Shown piece by piece: positions 37,939 through 47,500 of a stretch of 63,933 nt of DNA (the stretch's first letter is position 1; each line of letters starts with the position of its first letter). This DNA comes from Bacillota bacterium (GTDB lineage Bacteria; Bacillota; Bacilli; Alicyclobacillales; SLC66). Made by a program: the position numbers and the translations under genes. The notes beneath the pieces are model-generated. The model searched no databases, was not told the DNA's origin, and saw only the letters and a list, made by a program, of their open reading frames with translations. The stretch covers positions 1 to 63,933 of the forward strand of contig JAPNUJ010000001.1 of NCBI GenBank assembly GCA_026627155.1, read 5' to 3'.

Positions 37939-38679
37939 ATGCTGGAACTCAGACAAGCGACAGTCACAGTGGGACCTAAGCGAATTTTGCGAGACGTCAG
38001 CTTCAAGGTATCGTCCGGCTCCGTACACGGTCTCATCGGGCGCAACGGCGCCGGGAAGAGTACGACGGTCAAGGCAATCCTTGGGTTGCAGCCCTTGTCC
38101 TCCGGCGAGATCTACGTGGTCGGACACATGTTGTCTAAGGATCCTGCCGCCTACAAGCGACCCCTCGGTTACATACCGGAGTTGCCCATGCTGTATCAGG
38201 GGTTGACGGTGGTGGAGTATTTACAATTCACGGCGATGGCCTACGGTGTGCCTGAGACGGTCTTTCACGAACGCCTGCCCGCCTTGCTCGATCGTTTTGA
38301 GATGGCCCCCTATGTCAATGAGATGCCTACCCGATTCTCCAAAGGAATGCGTCAGAAGATGAATGTGATGGCGGCCTTGATTCACGACGCGCAGGTGCTT
38401 GTCGTGGACGAGCCGTTCATCGGGCTTGACCCGGTTGGGATCCGCACCCTGAAGGAAGATCTCCACGAGGTGGCCAAAGGTGGCGGATGCGTGCTGTTGA
38501 CCACGCACGCGCTGGACATCGCAGAGTCGATGTGCGACGCCTTTACCGTGCTGGATGCGGGCGTCGTGCTGGCCAGCGGCAGCCTCTCCGACTTGCGAAC
38601 CAGTCTGGGGACCGACCCGGAGGCGTCACTCGAGGACGTCTACATGTCCGCCTTGACGAAGCGCGTGGCGACCGCATGA
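37939..38679 (+). CDS. ABC transporter ATP-binding protein
   Basis: Contains GRNGAGKSTT (Walker A), FSKGMRQK (signature variant) and VLVVDEPFIGLD (Walker B). ATG 37939 follows GGAAGGAG. Confidence 0.9.
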   Translation: MLELRQATVTVGPKRILRDVSFKVSSGSVHGLIGRNGAGKSTTVKAILGLQPLSSGEIYVVGHMLSKDPAAYKRPLGYIPELPMLYQGLTVVEYLQFTAMAYGVPETVFHERLPALLDRFEMAPYVNEMPTRFSKGMRQKMNVMAALIHDAQVLVVDEPFIGLDPVGIRTLKEDLHEVAKGGGCVLLTTHALDIAESMCDAFTVLDAGVVLASGSLSDLRTSLGTDPEASLEDVYMSALTKRVATA

Positions 38680-40196
38680 GCCAGTGGGATGAAAGTCGGC
38701 GACAAGATGGCGACCGCAAACGGTGGCGACGGAGCAAGGACCGCGACGAGACGCAGCCCGTCACCCTGCCCTATGGTGAGGTGACCAGCGGTTCGAGTGC
38801 GGCGCTTCAACTCGCGCGTCGGGAGCGCCTGGCGCGCAAGCGGCTGTTCGACCAACACTTGGGGCGCTTGATTGACTTGTCCACGGTGTTTACGATCGGA
38901 CTGGGGATCGTCGTGGTGACGTTGTGGATCCAGGGGGCCTTGTACAATCTCGCGTATCGGCCCATCGGTGCTCACGTCTTGCTTGAAGTCACGCACGTCC
39001 TGATCGCGCTCGTCATCGTCGTCGACATCGTCCGGTTGCTGGGTTGGCCGCGCCCGATCATCTGGCCCGAGCCCGGCAGCGTGACGACGCTTGCGGGCGC
39101 CCCTGTGCACAGTGGTGATATCGCGCGTCCACTGCGCCGACGGGCCGTCTTGTACAGCTTGGGGTGGCGGCTGCCGCTGACGCTCCTTCTGGTGTTCATC
39201 GTCAGCGGTTACATGTCGATCACGTGGTGGGGCGTCATCGCTGTGCTTGTCCTCGTGACGGGTTACACATTCGGACGGGAGACCATAGCGTGGCACCTGT
39301 TCCATTCTGGGGCTCGCAAGGGTTCGTCGGCAAGGCCCAAAGACGCGATCGACTGGGATGCCTTCTTGCGCTTCGGTGAACGCCGACTCAACCTATGGCA
39401 GTCGATCGGAATCGGGCAGATCGGGTTCTTCAACGCCCAACAGATGAGTCTCGGTGGTGGTTTCGCAGGCGGCATGGGTGGCGCGGGGATGTTCGGCTCG
39501 ATGCTGAGCCCGTCGCGCAAGGCCGACGAGGCCACGCAGACGCCGGGCAAACGAATCGTGGCCGCGTCTCATCTCAAGTACAACGCAACCTCTCCGATCA
39601 CGGCCTATATGTTTCTCCAACTTGGGCGAACCAGTGCCGGCTTCAGCATCATCGCCGCATGCGGGATCGCGATCATCATAGCGCATAACCTCCCGCCCAT
39701 CGCCACGGCACTCTATGCCGGTCTCGCGCAGGTTTGGTGCGTTTGGGCGCTCTCGTCGGCGGCACTCAGGGAACAGCACAGCCTGCCGTGGATGGAGTTA
39801 TTTCCGTGGTCACCGAAGGCGGTGCAACGCCAGGTCTTTCTGGCCACGCTCGTCGTCAGTTTCCTTGTACCCGTGCTCGTGTCGATCGTCCCGGCCCATC
39901 AAGTCGATGCCGCGGCACTCCCGTTGTGGCTCCTGTCTCTCGCGGCACTCGGCGCGATACAAGCTCAGCTTGCCAGCGAAGGGGCTCGCGACCCACGAGA
40001 AAGCCGCCGCGAATGGAGCGTCGGGCTGTCTCTGGTCCCTTGGGCCTTGCAGGTGACTGCAAGCAAGTGGCCGTTCGTGTTCACCCATGTGTTGCATACG
40101 CCGAGTGCGTCGGACAGTGCCTGGGAGTTGACGCTGTTTCTGATGCTCATCGTCTTGGCCCTGCGTTTCCGTCGACTGGCGCGGACTTGGACATAG
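38676..40196 (+). CDS. Large polytopic membrane protein coupled to the ABC ATPase (putative ABC exporter permease)
   Basis: The ATG overlaps the upstream stop (ATGA at 38676..38679). About 65 aa are highly charged (MSQWDESRRQDGDRKRWRRSKDRDE...), followed by 10 or more hydrophobic segments. The family call (ABC_export-like) is tentative. Confidence 0.6.
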   Translation: MSQWDESRRQDGDRKRWRRSKDRDETQPVTLPYGEVTSGSSAALQLARRERLARKRLFDQHLGRLIDLSTVFTIGLGIVVVTLWIQGALYNLAYRPIGAHVLLEVTHVLIALVIVVDIVRLLGWPRPIIWPEPGSVTTLAGAPVHSGDIARPLRRRAVLYSLGWRLPLTLLLVFIVSGYMSITWWGVIAVLVLVTGYTFGRETIAWHLFHSGARKGSSARPKDAIDWDAFLRFGERRLNLWQSIGIGQIGFFNAQQMSLGGGFAGGMGGAGMFGSMLSPSRKADEATQTPGKRIVAASHLKYNATSPITAYMFLQLGRTSAGFSIIAACGIAIIIAHNLPPIATALYAGLAQVWCVWALSSAALREQHSLPWMELFPWSPKAVQRQVFLATLVVSFLVPVLVSIVPAHQVDAAALPLWLLSLAALGAIQAQLASEGARDPRESRREWSVGLSLVPWALQVTASKWPFVFTHVLHTPSASDSAWELTLFLMLIVLALRFRRLARTWT

Positions 40197-40289
40197 CGTG
40201 CGATCCGCTCCCGGCGGCCGGGGCGTGATCAGTCGGTGGCCATCGGTGGCCATCATACCTGCTTGTTTCAAGAGACATCCTTGCGCTTT

Positions 40290-40470
40290 GGGTGGAAACT
40301 CAGGTGGGCATGGTAGACATTAACACCAAGAGATGACGTTAATTGGCGACTTGCTCGTCCAATTGGATCCCAAAATATCTAGACAGTACGAATTTGTCGA
40401 TAATAACTACCAAAAAAATCTGTAAAATTAATTTTATACAGAATAAGATATCGTTCGAGGCGTTCCGGGC
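40290..40470. other. AT-rich non-coding island between convergent genes
   Basis: Hand counts give 42% G+C for 40321..40380 and 23% for 40381..40440, in a ~60% G+C context. There is no ORF of 60 aa or more. Confidence 0.8.
40412..40441 (-). terminator. Weak AT-rich hairpin plus U-run (possible terminator of the SLH gene)
   Basis: The minus strand reads CTGTATAAAATTAATTTTACAG followed by ATTTTTTTGG. The stem is almost all A-T, and the element lies ~260 nt downstream of the stop at 40703. Confidence 0.3.
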
Positions 40471-40702
40471 CGCTCCAGAGGTCACAGACTCATTTTTGTG
40501 CGAAAAGTAGTGGATATTCGTGACCTCCGATCGATGGTCCGATGGTCGGCTTCACGAGCTGCCACTGGAGAAGTTGGCGCGCCGCAGGAGGTAGTGGGTC
40601 CTCTTTGGTTCGACAAGAGTACTGACTACCTTCTGCGACGTCCAGCCCTTTCAACACAGCGAATCATCGTGGCCATTCAGAGATACTCTTCGAGTCTCCC
40701 CG

Positions 40703-43048
40703 TCAATTATTCGTTTCCAACTGCATAGCGCGCACGATGGCGACGGATGCCTCGGCGACTGTAAGATTCGCGGTGGGATCCCACTTTCCGTAGTCGCTCG
40801 GAATCATGTGATAGGCATTGGCAATCGCCGCATCCCCCCTGTACGCTGTGGGAATCGAGGACAGATCGGAGAACGGCAACTTGAACAAGTCCTCCTGTTG
40901 GGCCATACTGCCCCAGCCAAGGAAGTTCACCAGTATCTCCGCTGCGGCATCGCGCGTGATCGGCGCATTGGGGTAGAAGTCGCGTGCAGCTGGTAGCATT
41001 CCATCGGTCTGAGCCTGCTCCACGGCCGCGTAGTAGCGGCTTGTCGGCGGAACATCTGCGTAGGACATCGTCTGATTTCCAGACCCCCCACCGAACACGC
41101 CCCGCGCATTCACCAGGATCTGCACAAACTCGCCTCGTGTCATGGGTAGATTGGGATGAACAAGGCCGTCCGTCGTCTGCAGCAGGTTCTGGGCAAGAAG
41201 AATCTTCATGGCCGCTTCGCCATAGTGCCCCTTGATATCACTTGGAGTTTGACTCGACACGGTCGGGACGTCTTGCACCCACTGCCCCGTCTCGGCGTTG
41301 AACATTTCCTGCACAACGGGACTCGACGGTGCAAACACGAGAACCGCACGCGAGCTGTATTGAACTTGCGGAAACCCTCCAGAAAAGCCGTCCGACACGG
41401 CTCCGGACGGTGACGGAAGGACCGGGAGCACATAGGTCAGTTGCAGATGAGCGGCCTTCGCATAAGCCTGCTCGGCAGCAGCCAGCGACACGGCCCCGGA
41501 TGGTGAAGGATACGTCAAATCAGAGCCAGTTTGATTCGAGCACTGGACGACCTGACCGGTTGCCATGTTCACCCCCACAACGACACTCTGATCCTCGGCC
41601 AAGATACCGTGGACAAGCAAGTTGAAGACATACGTTTGGACCACGCCTTCTGGCCCTTGTTCTTGCGGACCCATCTGAATCGGTTGCGCGGCGAGTGCCC
41701 CAGACAACGTGGGGTACGCCCGTTTCACAAACTGATCGGCGACTTGCTGACCTTGCGCTGTCGTCAACAACGTCGGCTTCTTGTTGGACCCTGCCGACGC
41801 AGTCCCGGTAGCCGTCCCCGCACTCCCGACCGCACCCCCGCCGATGTTTGACACGAAGTATTGTTCCAGCATGCCGTTCGCCGCATTAATGGTGACGTCG
41901 AAGTTCTGTCCCGTCTGGCTGTCGTTCCAGTTCAGGCTCCAAACGGACTCGTCCGGACCCGAGAATCCTGAGGTCATCGTCTCGTTCAAATTGGCTCCAT
42001 CCCAGGTGGCACCCTTCGGAAGTGTCAAGACGGAGCGAGCGTAGGCAATCGCCTCGGACTGTGAGACCGGGTCCTTGAAATCACCTGGCATCTGGTCCTG
42101 TCCACCGGCGACAAGCGGTGTCACAGAGTCCGTCGGAAGCGAGGTCAGTGGCTGTCCATAGACGTTCAACTGCTTGCCCGTGTGCGCATCGACCCAGGGG
42201 ACTTCGCCAAAGAGTCCGTCACCAAAAACAAAAGGCAGACCTGCAAGAGTCGAAACCGCCGGCTGATAGGTAAGCAATACAGACGGGCTCAGCGCCGGCT
42301 CAAATAGTTGCGTATACGCGAGATGTAACGCGAGTCCCCGCAAGTAGACGGGCAACGCGGCCTGCGCTGTCCAGAGCGGATACGAAGGAGCTGGGAACGT
42401 GGCGGGCTGCCACTGTGCGCTGTAACTGACGAGTTCGCCGGTCGGCCCAATGCTCACCGACGCCTCCTGGAAAGGGACAGGAATGCCAGACACGCTCCGC
42501 TCAAACGTATACATTTGACCTGTCCCCGCCCCGAGTCCCGAAACAGAGTTCGATCTCACCTCTGTCAAGGCCGCGGCATGCGGGTCGAGTTTGGAAAGCC
42601 ACACTCGGGCGATCGGCAGGCCTTTGGCAAACGGTAACTCTGTGGTCTGGGTGTAGCCCCAGATGGAGTCCTGCGGGTACCCAGCGTATTCAAGGACGGT
42701 CCCTGTCTTTGCATCCAAAATCACATTCACGCTACTCCTGCCACCGCCTAACTCACCAAGCGGAGGACGCATGAAGGTGACGACGTACACCGTCCCGGTT
42801 CCACCCAAAAAGTTGTTCTGCGCCTGCGCGTTGACTTGCGAATCCGTAGCCGGGATGGAAAACAGCTTTTTGGCGATGGCCGTCGCCTGACTCGGCGAGG
42901 TAATCGCCATCGCGGACGCCGAGGCGAGACGGGAAAGGCTGTGCCCCGTGTCGCCGGACGCCGCCATTACGTTCTGGGCACTGACAGCCGCCGTAAGCGC
43001 AAGCGCCGAGAGCACTGCAAGGGGAATGCGCCATCGGGATCTGCGCAA
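40703..43048 (-). CDS. Secreted cell-wall protein with three C-terminal SLH domains
   Basis: Signal peptide MRRSRWRIPLAVLSALALTAAVSAQNVMA. C-terminal SLH repeats: DIKGHYGEAAMKILLAQNLL, YADVPPTSRYYAAVEQAQTDGML and FSDLSSIPTAYRGDAAIANAYHMI. TTG start lies 9 nt after GAAGGAG. The N-terminal ~550 aa are unassigned (possibly PepSY/YcdB-like repeats). Confidence 0.85.
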   Translation of the reverse strand: MRRSRWRIPLAVLSALALTAAVSAQNVMAASGDTGHSLSRLASASAMAITSPSQATAIAKKLFSIPATDSQVNAQAQNNFLGGTGTVYVVTFMRPPLGELGGGRSSVNVILDAKTGTVLEYAGYPQDSIWGYTQTTELPFAKGLPIARVWLSKLDPHAAALTEVRSNSVSGLGAGTGQMYTFERSVSGIPVPFQEASVSIGPTGELVSYSAQWQPATFPAPSYPLWTAQAALPVYLRGLALHLAYTQLFEPALSPSVLLTYQPAVSTLAGLPFVFGDGLFGEVPWVDAHTGKQLNVYGQPLTSLPTDSVTPLVAGGQDQMPGDFKDPVSQSEAIAYARSVLTLPKGATWDGANLNETMTSGFSGPDESVWSLNWNDSQTGQNFDVTINAANGMLEQYFVSNIGGGAVGSAGTATGTASAGSNKKPTLLTTAQGQQVADQFVKRAYPTLSGALAAQPIQMGPQEQGPEGVVQTYVFNLLVHGILAEDQSVVVGVNMATGQVVQCSNQTGSDLTYPSPSGAVSLAAAEQAYAKAAHLQLTYVLPVLPSPSGAVSDGFSGGFPQVQYSSRAVLVFAPSSPVVQEMFNAETGQWVQDVPTVSSQTPSDIKGHYGEAAMKILLAQNLLQTTDGLVHPNLPMTRGEFVQILVNARGVFGGGSGNQTMSYADVPPTSRYYAAVEQAQTDGMLPAARDFYPNAPITRDAAAEILVNFLGWGSMAQQEDLFKLPFSDLSSIPTAYRGDAAIANAYHMIPSDYGKWDPTANLTVAEASVAIVRAMQLETNN

Positions 43049-43100
43049 TCAACACAACTCCTTCAAAGACCATTAGTGAAGCAAGACGCTTCCCTTATAG

Positions 43101-43128
43101 TAGACGAATTGGAAACGAAAAGGTTTCA
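43101..43128 (-). promoter_or_regulatory. ECF (sigma-W/M-type) promoter candidate TGAAAC-N16-CGTCTA upstream of the SLH gene
   Basis: The minus strand reads TGAAAC (43128..43123), CTTTTCGTTTCCAATT, then CGTCTA (43106..43101), 52 nt upstream of TTG 43048. Confidence 0.5.
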
Positions 43129-43199
43129 CTGGATTCATACATTAATTGCAAAATTGCCTCCCTCGCGCCGTTTGCAAATGCGTTTGCCGAGCGGTTACT

Positions 43200-43221
43200 C
43201 GACTTATCATTCGATAAGTCG
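43200..43221. promoter_or_regulatory. Perfect palindrome CGACTTATC-ATTC-GATAAGTCG
   Basis: Read directly from the sequence. It lies between the trmH-family stop (43275) and the SLH promoter candidate and has no U-tract. Confidence 0.35.
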
Positions 43222-43274
43222 CATCGTCGCCTGAGCGTTGGCGCGACCGATCCACCCGAAGTACGTGGGATCGA

Positions 43275-44216
43275 TCAACCCACCGCGTGGATGCGCTGGC
43301 GCAGTGCCTCGTAGAGCAGAACGCTGGCGGCAACCCCAGCGTTTAGCGATTCCGTTGACCCGGGCATCGGCAGCGTGACGTGCGTGGTCGCCAGCTCCAG
43401 CACCTCAGGGGAGAGCCCCTCCGCCTCGCCGCCGATGGCGAGAATCAGCGGTCCCGTCAGAGGACAGTCGTACAAGGCCACACCACCGCGAACCGCCGCT
43501 GCGACCACACGGATCCGCGCCTGCTCGATCGCTTCGATGATTCGGCTGGCGGCAGCCCGCAGCACAGGCATCTGGGCTGTGGCGCCCATCGCGGCACGGA
43601 CGACTTTCGGGGCAAACGGGTCGACTGTTCCGGTTGTGGCCAGCAAACCGCTCACCCCAACGGCCTGCGCCGTTCGGATGAGCGTGCCGAGATTGCCCGG
43701 GTCCCGCAGTCCATCGACCAGGATCAGGACATCCGCACAGCCGACCACGCCCGTCAGCCCAGTCATCCCCGCGCTGTCATCGGTGTCAGCCGAGCCAGTC
43801 CGTCCTTTTGCGTCTATTGGAAACTTGCCGCCGGTCTGCGATGCCGACACGGCCTCCAAAAGACTCTCCAGGTCCACCTCCGGCCACGGTGCAACGGCTA
43901 GGATACCCTGTGGTTGGTCCGTATCGGCGATTCGCGACAGAATGTCTGCCGTGACCGCAAAGACCGGCACGCGGCGCTCCTCTAACTGCGCGATCACACC
44001 ATGGTACTGCTCAGCTTGCCCGGACTCCGGATCATAGAGCAGGGCTGAAAGTGGGGCCCCAGCATCCCGGTAGGCTTGTACTGCGCGCAGTCCCTCAACG
44101 AGGTAGGATCGACTGCGCAAGCGGAATTTCCCTTCCTTAAGTGCCGCCCATTCCTTGACTCGCGGATTCTGCGGGGATGTCAACCACTGCATCGACGGCA
44201 CGTCCTCTTCAGGCAA
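43275..44216 (-). CDS. TrmH/SpoU-family RNA 2'-O-methyltransferase (YsgA/RlmB-like)
   Basis: Contains NPRVKEW, YLVEGLRAV and the SpoU motifs DGLRDPGNLGTLIRTA, IGGEAEGLS and ESLNAGVAASVLLYE. There is a ~35-aa insert (SASQTGGKFPIDAKGRTGSADTDDSAGMTGLTG). ATG 44192 is an alternative start. Confidence 0.88.
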   Translation of the reverse strand: MPEEDVPSMQWLTSPQNPRVKEWAALKEGKFRLRSRSYLVEGLRAVQAYRDAGAPLSALLYDPESGQAEQYHGVIAQLEERRVPVFAVTADILSRIADTDQPQGILAVAPWPEVDLESLLEAVSASQTGGKFPIDAKGRTGSADTDDSAGMTGLTGVVGCADVLILVDGLRDPGNLGTLIRTAQAVGVSGLLATTGTVDPFAPKVVRAAMGATAQMPVLRAAASRIIEAIEQARIRVVAAAVRGGVALYDCPLTGPLILAIGGEAEGLSPEVLELATTHVTLPMPGSTESLNAGVAASVLLYEALRQRIHAVG

Positions 44217-45588
44217 TCACAGCGCGGCCTTCATCAAACCGCTCGTGTTCACGGGTGGTGACAATCTGCTCGAGCGCGCGCACAGTCGTGACCACGTCTT
44301 CAAACCGCGTGTAGAGCGCAACGGGTGCCAGACGCACGACATCCGGCGGACGAAAGTCTGGAATGATTCCGCGCGCCTTCAAAGCCTTGGCCACGCGCGC
44401 CGCCTCCATGTGTCGCACCGCCACGTGCCCGCCGCGGGCGCCGGGGTTTCGCGGGGTCTCTATGGAAAATCCCAGCGAACGGTCCAATCCGTCCACAAGT
44501 GTCATCAGCAGTTCAGTGAGAGCCAGGGACTTGTCTCGAATCCGCCCGATTCCTGCCTCAGCGAAGATCTTCAGCGACCCCTCGAGCGGTGCCAAACTCA
44601 ACAGATGAGGCGTGCCGATTTGAAAGCGCCCGACCCCGGAGGCCGGGTCAAAGGTCGGTGCCATGTCGAACTGCCGCTCTTTGTGAGAACCCCACCATCC
44701 CGCCAGTCCCGGCCACCGCTCGTGGTGTCGCTCGTGAACAAAGAGGCCCCCGACCGCCCCCGGACCACTGCCGAGGTACTTGTAATGGCACCAAAATGCA
44801 AAGTCCACCCCGTCGTCATGCAACTGATGCGGCACAGCGCCGATCCCGTGAGACAAATCGAAGCCGACGATCGCCCCGACTCGATGCGCCCGCTCGACAA
44901 TCTCCCGAATCGGCATGAGTTGCCCGCTGCGATACTGCACGGACGAGAAGAAGGCAACGGCCACATCGTCCCCCAGGGCCTGCATGAGGTCCGCGACGCC
45001 GACCAACCCATCGCGACCCGGCACCACGCGCAGCGTGGGAGCCGTGGCTGATTCAGGTGCCTGCGCCTGACTCGCTGACCCAGGATGCAACGCGCCCGCG
45101 CCCCCATGCAAGGCCACGTGACTCTGCGCCGCGTACAGATCAGACGGAAAGTTCTGCGCGTCCACCAGGAGCACCTGCCGCGCGGTTTGCGGGCGATAGA
45201 AGGTCGCCAGCAACTGATGCAAGTTGACCGTCGTCGACCCGGTCGCGATCACCTCGTGCTCGCGCGCTCCGACCAACCCGGCGATACCCGGCGCCAAGCG
45301 CTCGGCCAAGTCATACCAAGGGGGCGCGCCACCCGACCAGCCGTCGATCCCCTGTTCGCGCCACTCGCCGAGCACTCGAAGCACGGCCGCTTCCGCCTCG
45401 TGAGACAGTAACCCCAGCGAGTTGCCATCAAGGTAAATGCGTTCGGGCGCCACATAGAAACGATCCCGAAACGCACGCAACTCATCGTCTGCATCGCATC
45501 TCTTTGCGTGAGCCAGTTGCTCTTCCCAGAAACCACTACGGACATCCGCGCCCGCCACTCTCGTCACCCCAGTTTCTCCTGTGCGCAC
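44209..45588 (-). CDS. kynU: Kynureninase
   Basis: Contains IYLDGNSLGL, DFAFWCHYKYLGSGPGAVGGLFVHERH (PLP-Lys context) and RLAPVALYTRFEDV. GTG 45567 after AGGAGAA is a likely alternative start. Confidence 0.88.
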   Translation of the reverse strand: MRTGETGVTRVAGADVRSGFWEEQLAHAKRCDADDELRAFRDRFYVAPERIYLDGNSLGLLSHEAEAAVLRVLGEWREQGIDGWSGGAPPWYDLAERLAPGIAGLVGAREHEVIATGSTTVNLHQLLATFYRPQTARQVLLVDAQNFPSDLYAAQSHVALHGGAGALHPGSASQAQAPESATAPTLRVVPGRDGLVGVADLMQALGDDVAVAFFSSVQYRSGQLMPIREIVERAHRVGAIVGFDLSHGIGAVPHQLHDDGVDFAFWCHYKYLGSGPGAVGGLFVHERHHERWPGLAGWWGSHKERQFDMAPTFDPASGVGRFQIGTPHLLSLAPLEGSLKIFAEAGIGRIRDKSLALTELLMTLVDGLDRSLGFSIETPRNPGARGGHVAVRHMEAARVAKALKARGIIPDFRPPDVVRLAPVALYTRFEDVVTTVRALEQIVTTREHERFDEGRAVIA

Positions 45589-45596
45589 GTCGACAG

Positions 45597-45656
45597 CAGT
45601 CCGTGTCAGTCCGTGTCAGTCCGTGTCAGTCCGTGTCAGTCCGTGTCAGTCCGTGA
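45597..45656. repeat. Tandem 10-nt repeat (cagtccgtgt x5 plus a partial unit) between ilvD and kynU
   Basis: Read directly from the sequence. On the minus strand each unit is ACGGACTGAC, and the first copy supplies the last ilvD codons ACG GAC TGA. Confidence 0.95.
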
Positions 45657-47307
45657 GGACGGCCCCCGTGTTGGCGGAGGTCACGAGCTTCGTGTAACGC
45701 GCCAACCATCCCCGGCGCACCAGCGGCTCTGGCGCCGTCCAGGTCGCCATCCGTTCGGCGATCTGCGCATCCGTCAGCACCACTTCGAGCAGACGCTCGT
45801 CTGTGTCGATCCTGACGATATCACCTTCGCGCACCGCCGCCAGCGGTCCACCGGCTGCGGCCTCCGGCGAAATGTGCCCGATGCTGATCCCCCGGGTCGC
45901 CCCCGAGAAACGTCCGTCGGTGATCAGTGCCACATCGGCTCCAAGCCCCATACCCGAGATCGCCGCCGTAGGCGCCAGCATTTCTGGCATGCCCGGCCCC
46001 CCTTTCGGGCCCTCATACCGAATCACGACGACGTCGCCTTTTTTCACCTTGCCACTGCGGATCCCCTCAGAGGCATCATCTTGCGACTCAAAGATCACGC
46101 AAGGCCCCTCAAAATGCGTCACGGTCGTCGCCCCGCTCTTGATCACGGCGCCGTCTGGAGCCAGGTTTCCGACGAGCACGCGCAGGCCGCCCTGTGCGCT
46201 GTAGGCGTCGGCGAGCGAATGAATGACCCGCGGATCCTGAATCGTCGCATCCGCGATGTTGTCCCCGAGCGTCTTGCCCGTGACCGTCATGCAGTCCGTA
46301 TGGAGCAGACCGGGTCGCTGGGACAACTCACGCAGGATCGCCGAGATCCCACCCGCGCGGTCCACATCTTCCATGTGCCACTCCGACGACGGGCTCACCT
46401 TGCAGATCTGCGGAACGCGTCGAGAAATCTCATCCACGCGCGACAAAGGATAATCGACTTCCGCCTCGTGTGCGAGAGCCAACGTGTGCAACACCGTATT
46501 CGTAGAACCACCCATCGCCATGTCGAGCATGAAGGCGTTGTCGAGCGACCGCTCATTGACGATGTCCCGTGGTCGGATGTCCTGGTCAATCAGATGCTTG
46601 AGCGACGCGGCAGCTTTGCGAACCAGATCCTTGCGGCGCGGATCAATCGCCAGGATCGAGCCGTTGCCCGGCAACGCCAAGCCCAGCGCCTCCGCGAGGC
46701 AGTTCATGGAGTTTGCCGTGAACATCCCCGAGCAAGACCCACAGGACGGGCATCCGTGCTCCTCGATATCGGTCAGTTCCGCCTCGGTAATCTGCCCCGC
46801 CTGAAACGCCCCGACCCCTTCAAACACGGAGACCAGATCCACCGTTTTACCCGACGCCGTCTTACCCGCCTTCATCGGTCCACCTGACACAAAAACCGTG
46901 GGAATGTTGACTCGCAGTGCCCCCATCATCATTCCCGGCGTGATCTTGTCACAGTTCGGGATGCAGATCAGACCGTCGAACCAGTGGGCCTGCACCATCG
47001 TCTCCAGGCTATCTGCAATGAGTTCACGCGATGGCAGCGAGTACCGCATGCCAATGTGCCCCATCGCAATCCCGTCATCGACGCCGATGGTGTTGAATTC
47101 AAAGGGGATCATCCCCGCCTCGCGAATCGCTTCCTTCACAATCCGGCCGAATTCTTGCAAATGAATATGCCCCGGCACGATCTCGACGAATGAGTTGCAA
47201 ATGCCGATCAGCGGTTTGCCAAAGTCCTGATTCGTCATTCCCGTCGCCCGCAAGAGGCTTCTGTGCGGCGCCCGGTCCATGCCTTTTTGAATCATGTCGC
47301 TTCTCAT
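45646..47307 (-). CDS. ilvD: Dihydroxy-acid dehydratase
   Basis: Contains [37 protein letters not shown] and RFSGATRG, with full-length similarity (553 aa). Confidence 0.97.
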   Translation of the reverse strand: MRSDMIQKGMDRAPHRSLLRATGMTNQDFGKPLIGICNSFVEIVPGHIHLQEFGRIVKEAIREAGMIPFEFNTIGVDDGIAMGHIGMRYSLPSRELIADSLETMVQAHWFDGLICIPNCDKITPGMMMGALRVNIPTVFVSGGPMKAGKTASGKTVDLVSVFEGVGAFQAGQITEAELTDIEEHGCPSCGSCSGMFTANSMNCLAEALGLALPGNGSILAIDPRRKDLVRKAAASLKHLIDQDIRPRDIVNERSLDNAFMLDMAMGGSTNTVLHTLALAHEAEVDYPLSRVDEISRRVPQICKVSPSSEWHMEDVDRAGGISAILRELSQRPGLLHTDCMTVTGKTLGDNIADATIQDPRVIHSLADAYSAQGGLRVLVGNLAPDGAVIKSGATTVTHFEGPCVIFESQDDASEGIRSGKVKKGDVVVIRYEGPKGGPGMPEMLAPTAAISGMGLGADVALITDGRFSGATRGISIGHISPEAAAGGPLAAVREGDIVRIDTDERLLEVVLTDAQIAERMATWTAPEPLVRRGWLARYTKLVTSANTGAVLTD

Positions 47308-47500
47308 CGCAGCTCCACTCTCCCTGTGATCCTGTTGTCTCTCTTAGCGCGCGCCGATGGCGCGTCGTCATCCCCACATTGTAGCGCAATCTGCGGACAG
47401 GCGCCACGGGCGAATGCAAGGATGTGGAGAGAACGCGGATGCGCCGGGTCGCCAGGAGCAGGGCTGCATGTGGCCTGCGAGCCCCTGCGTCTACATCGCC

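Noticed and set aside
40498-40728. 76-aa plus-strand ORF next to the AT-rich island
   Set aside because: It has a GTG start without an RBS, its 3' end overlaps the SLH gene terminus, and it has no recognisable features.
45597-45656. CRISPR array
   Set aside because: The 10-nt units are contiguous with no spacers, and no cas genes are nearby. It is a microsatellite, not a CRISPR array.
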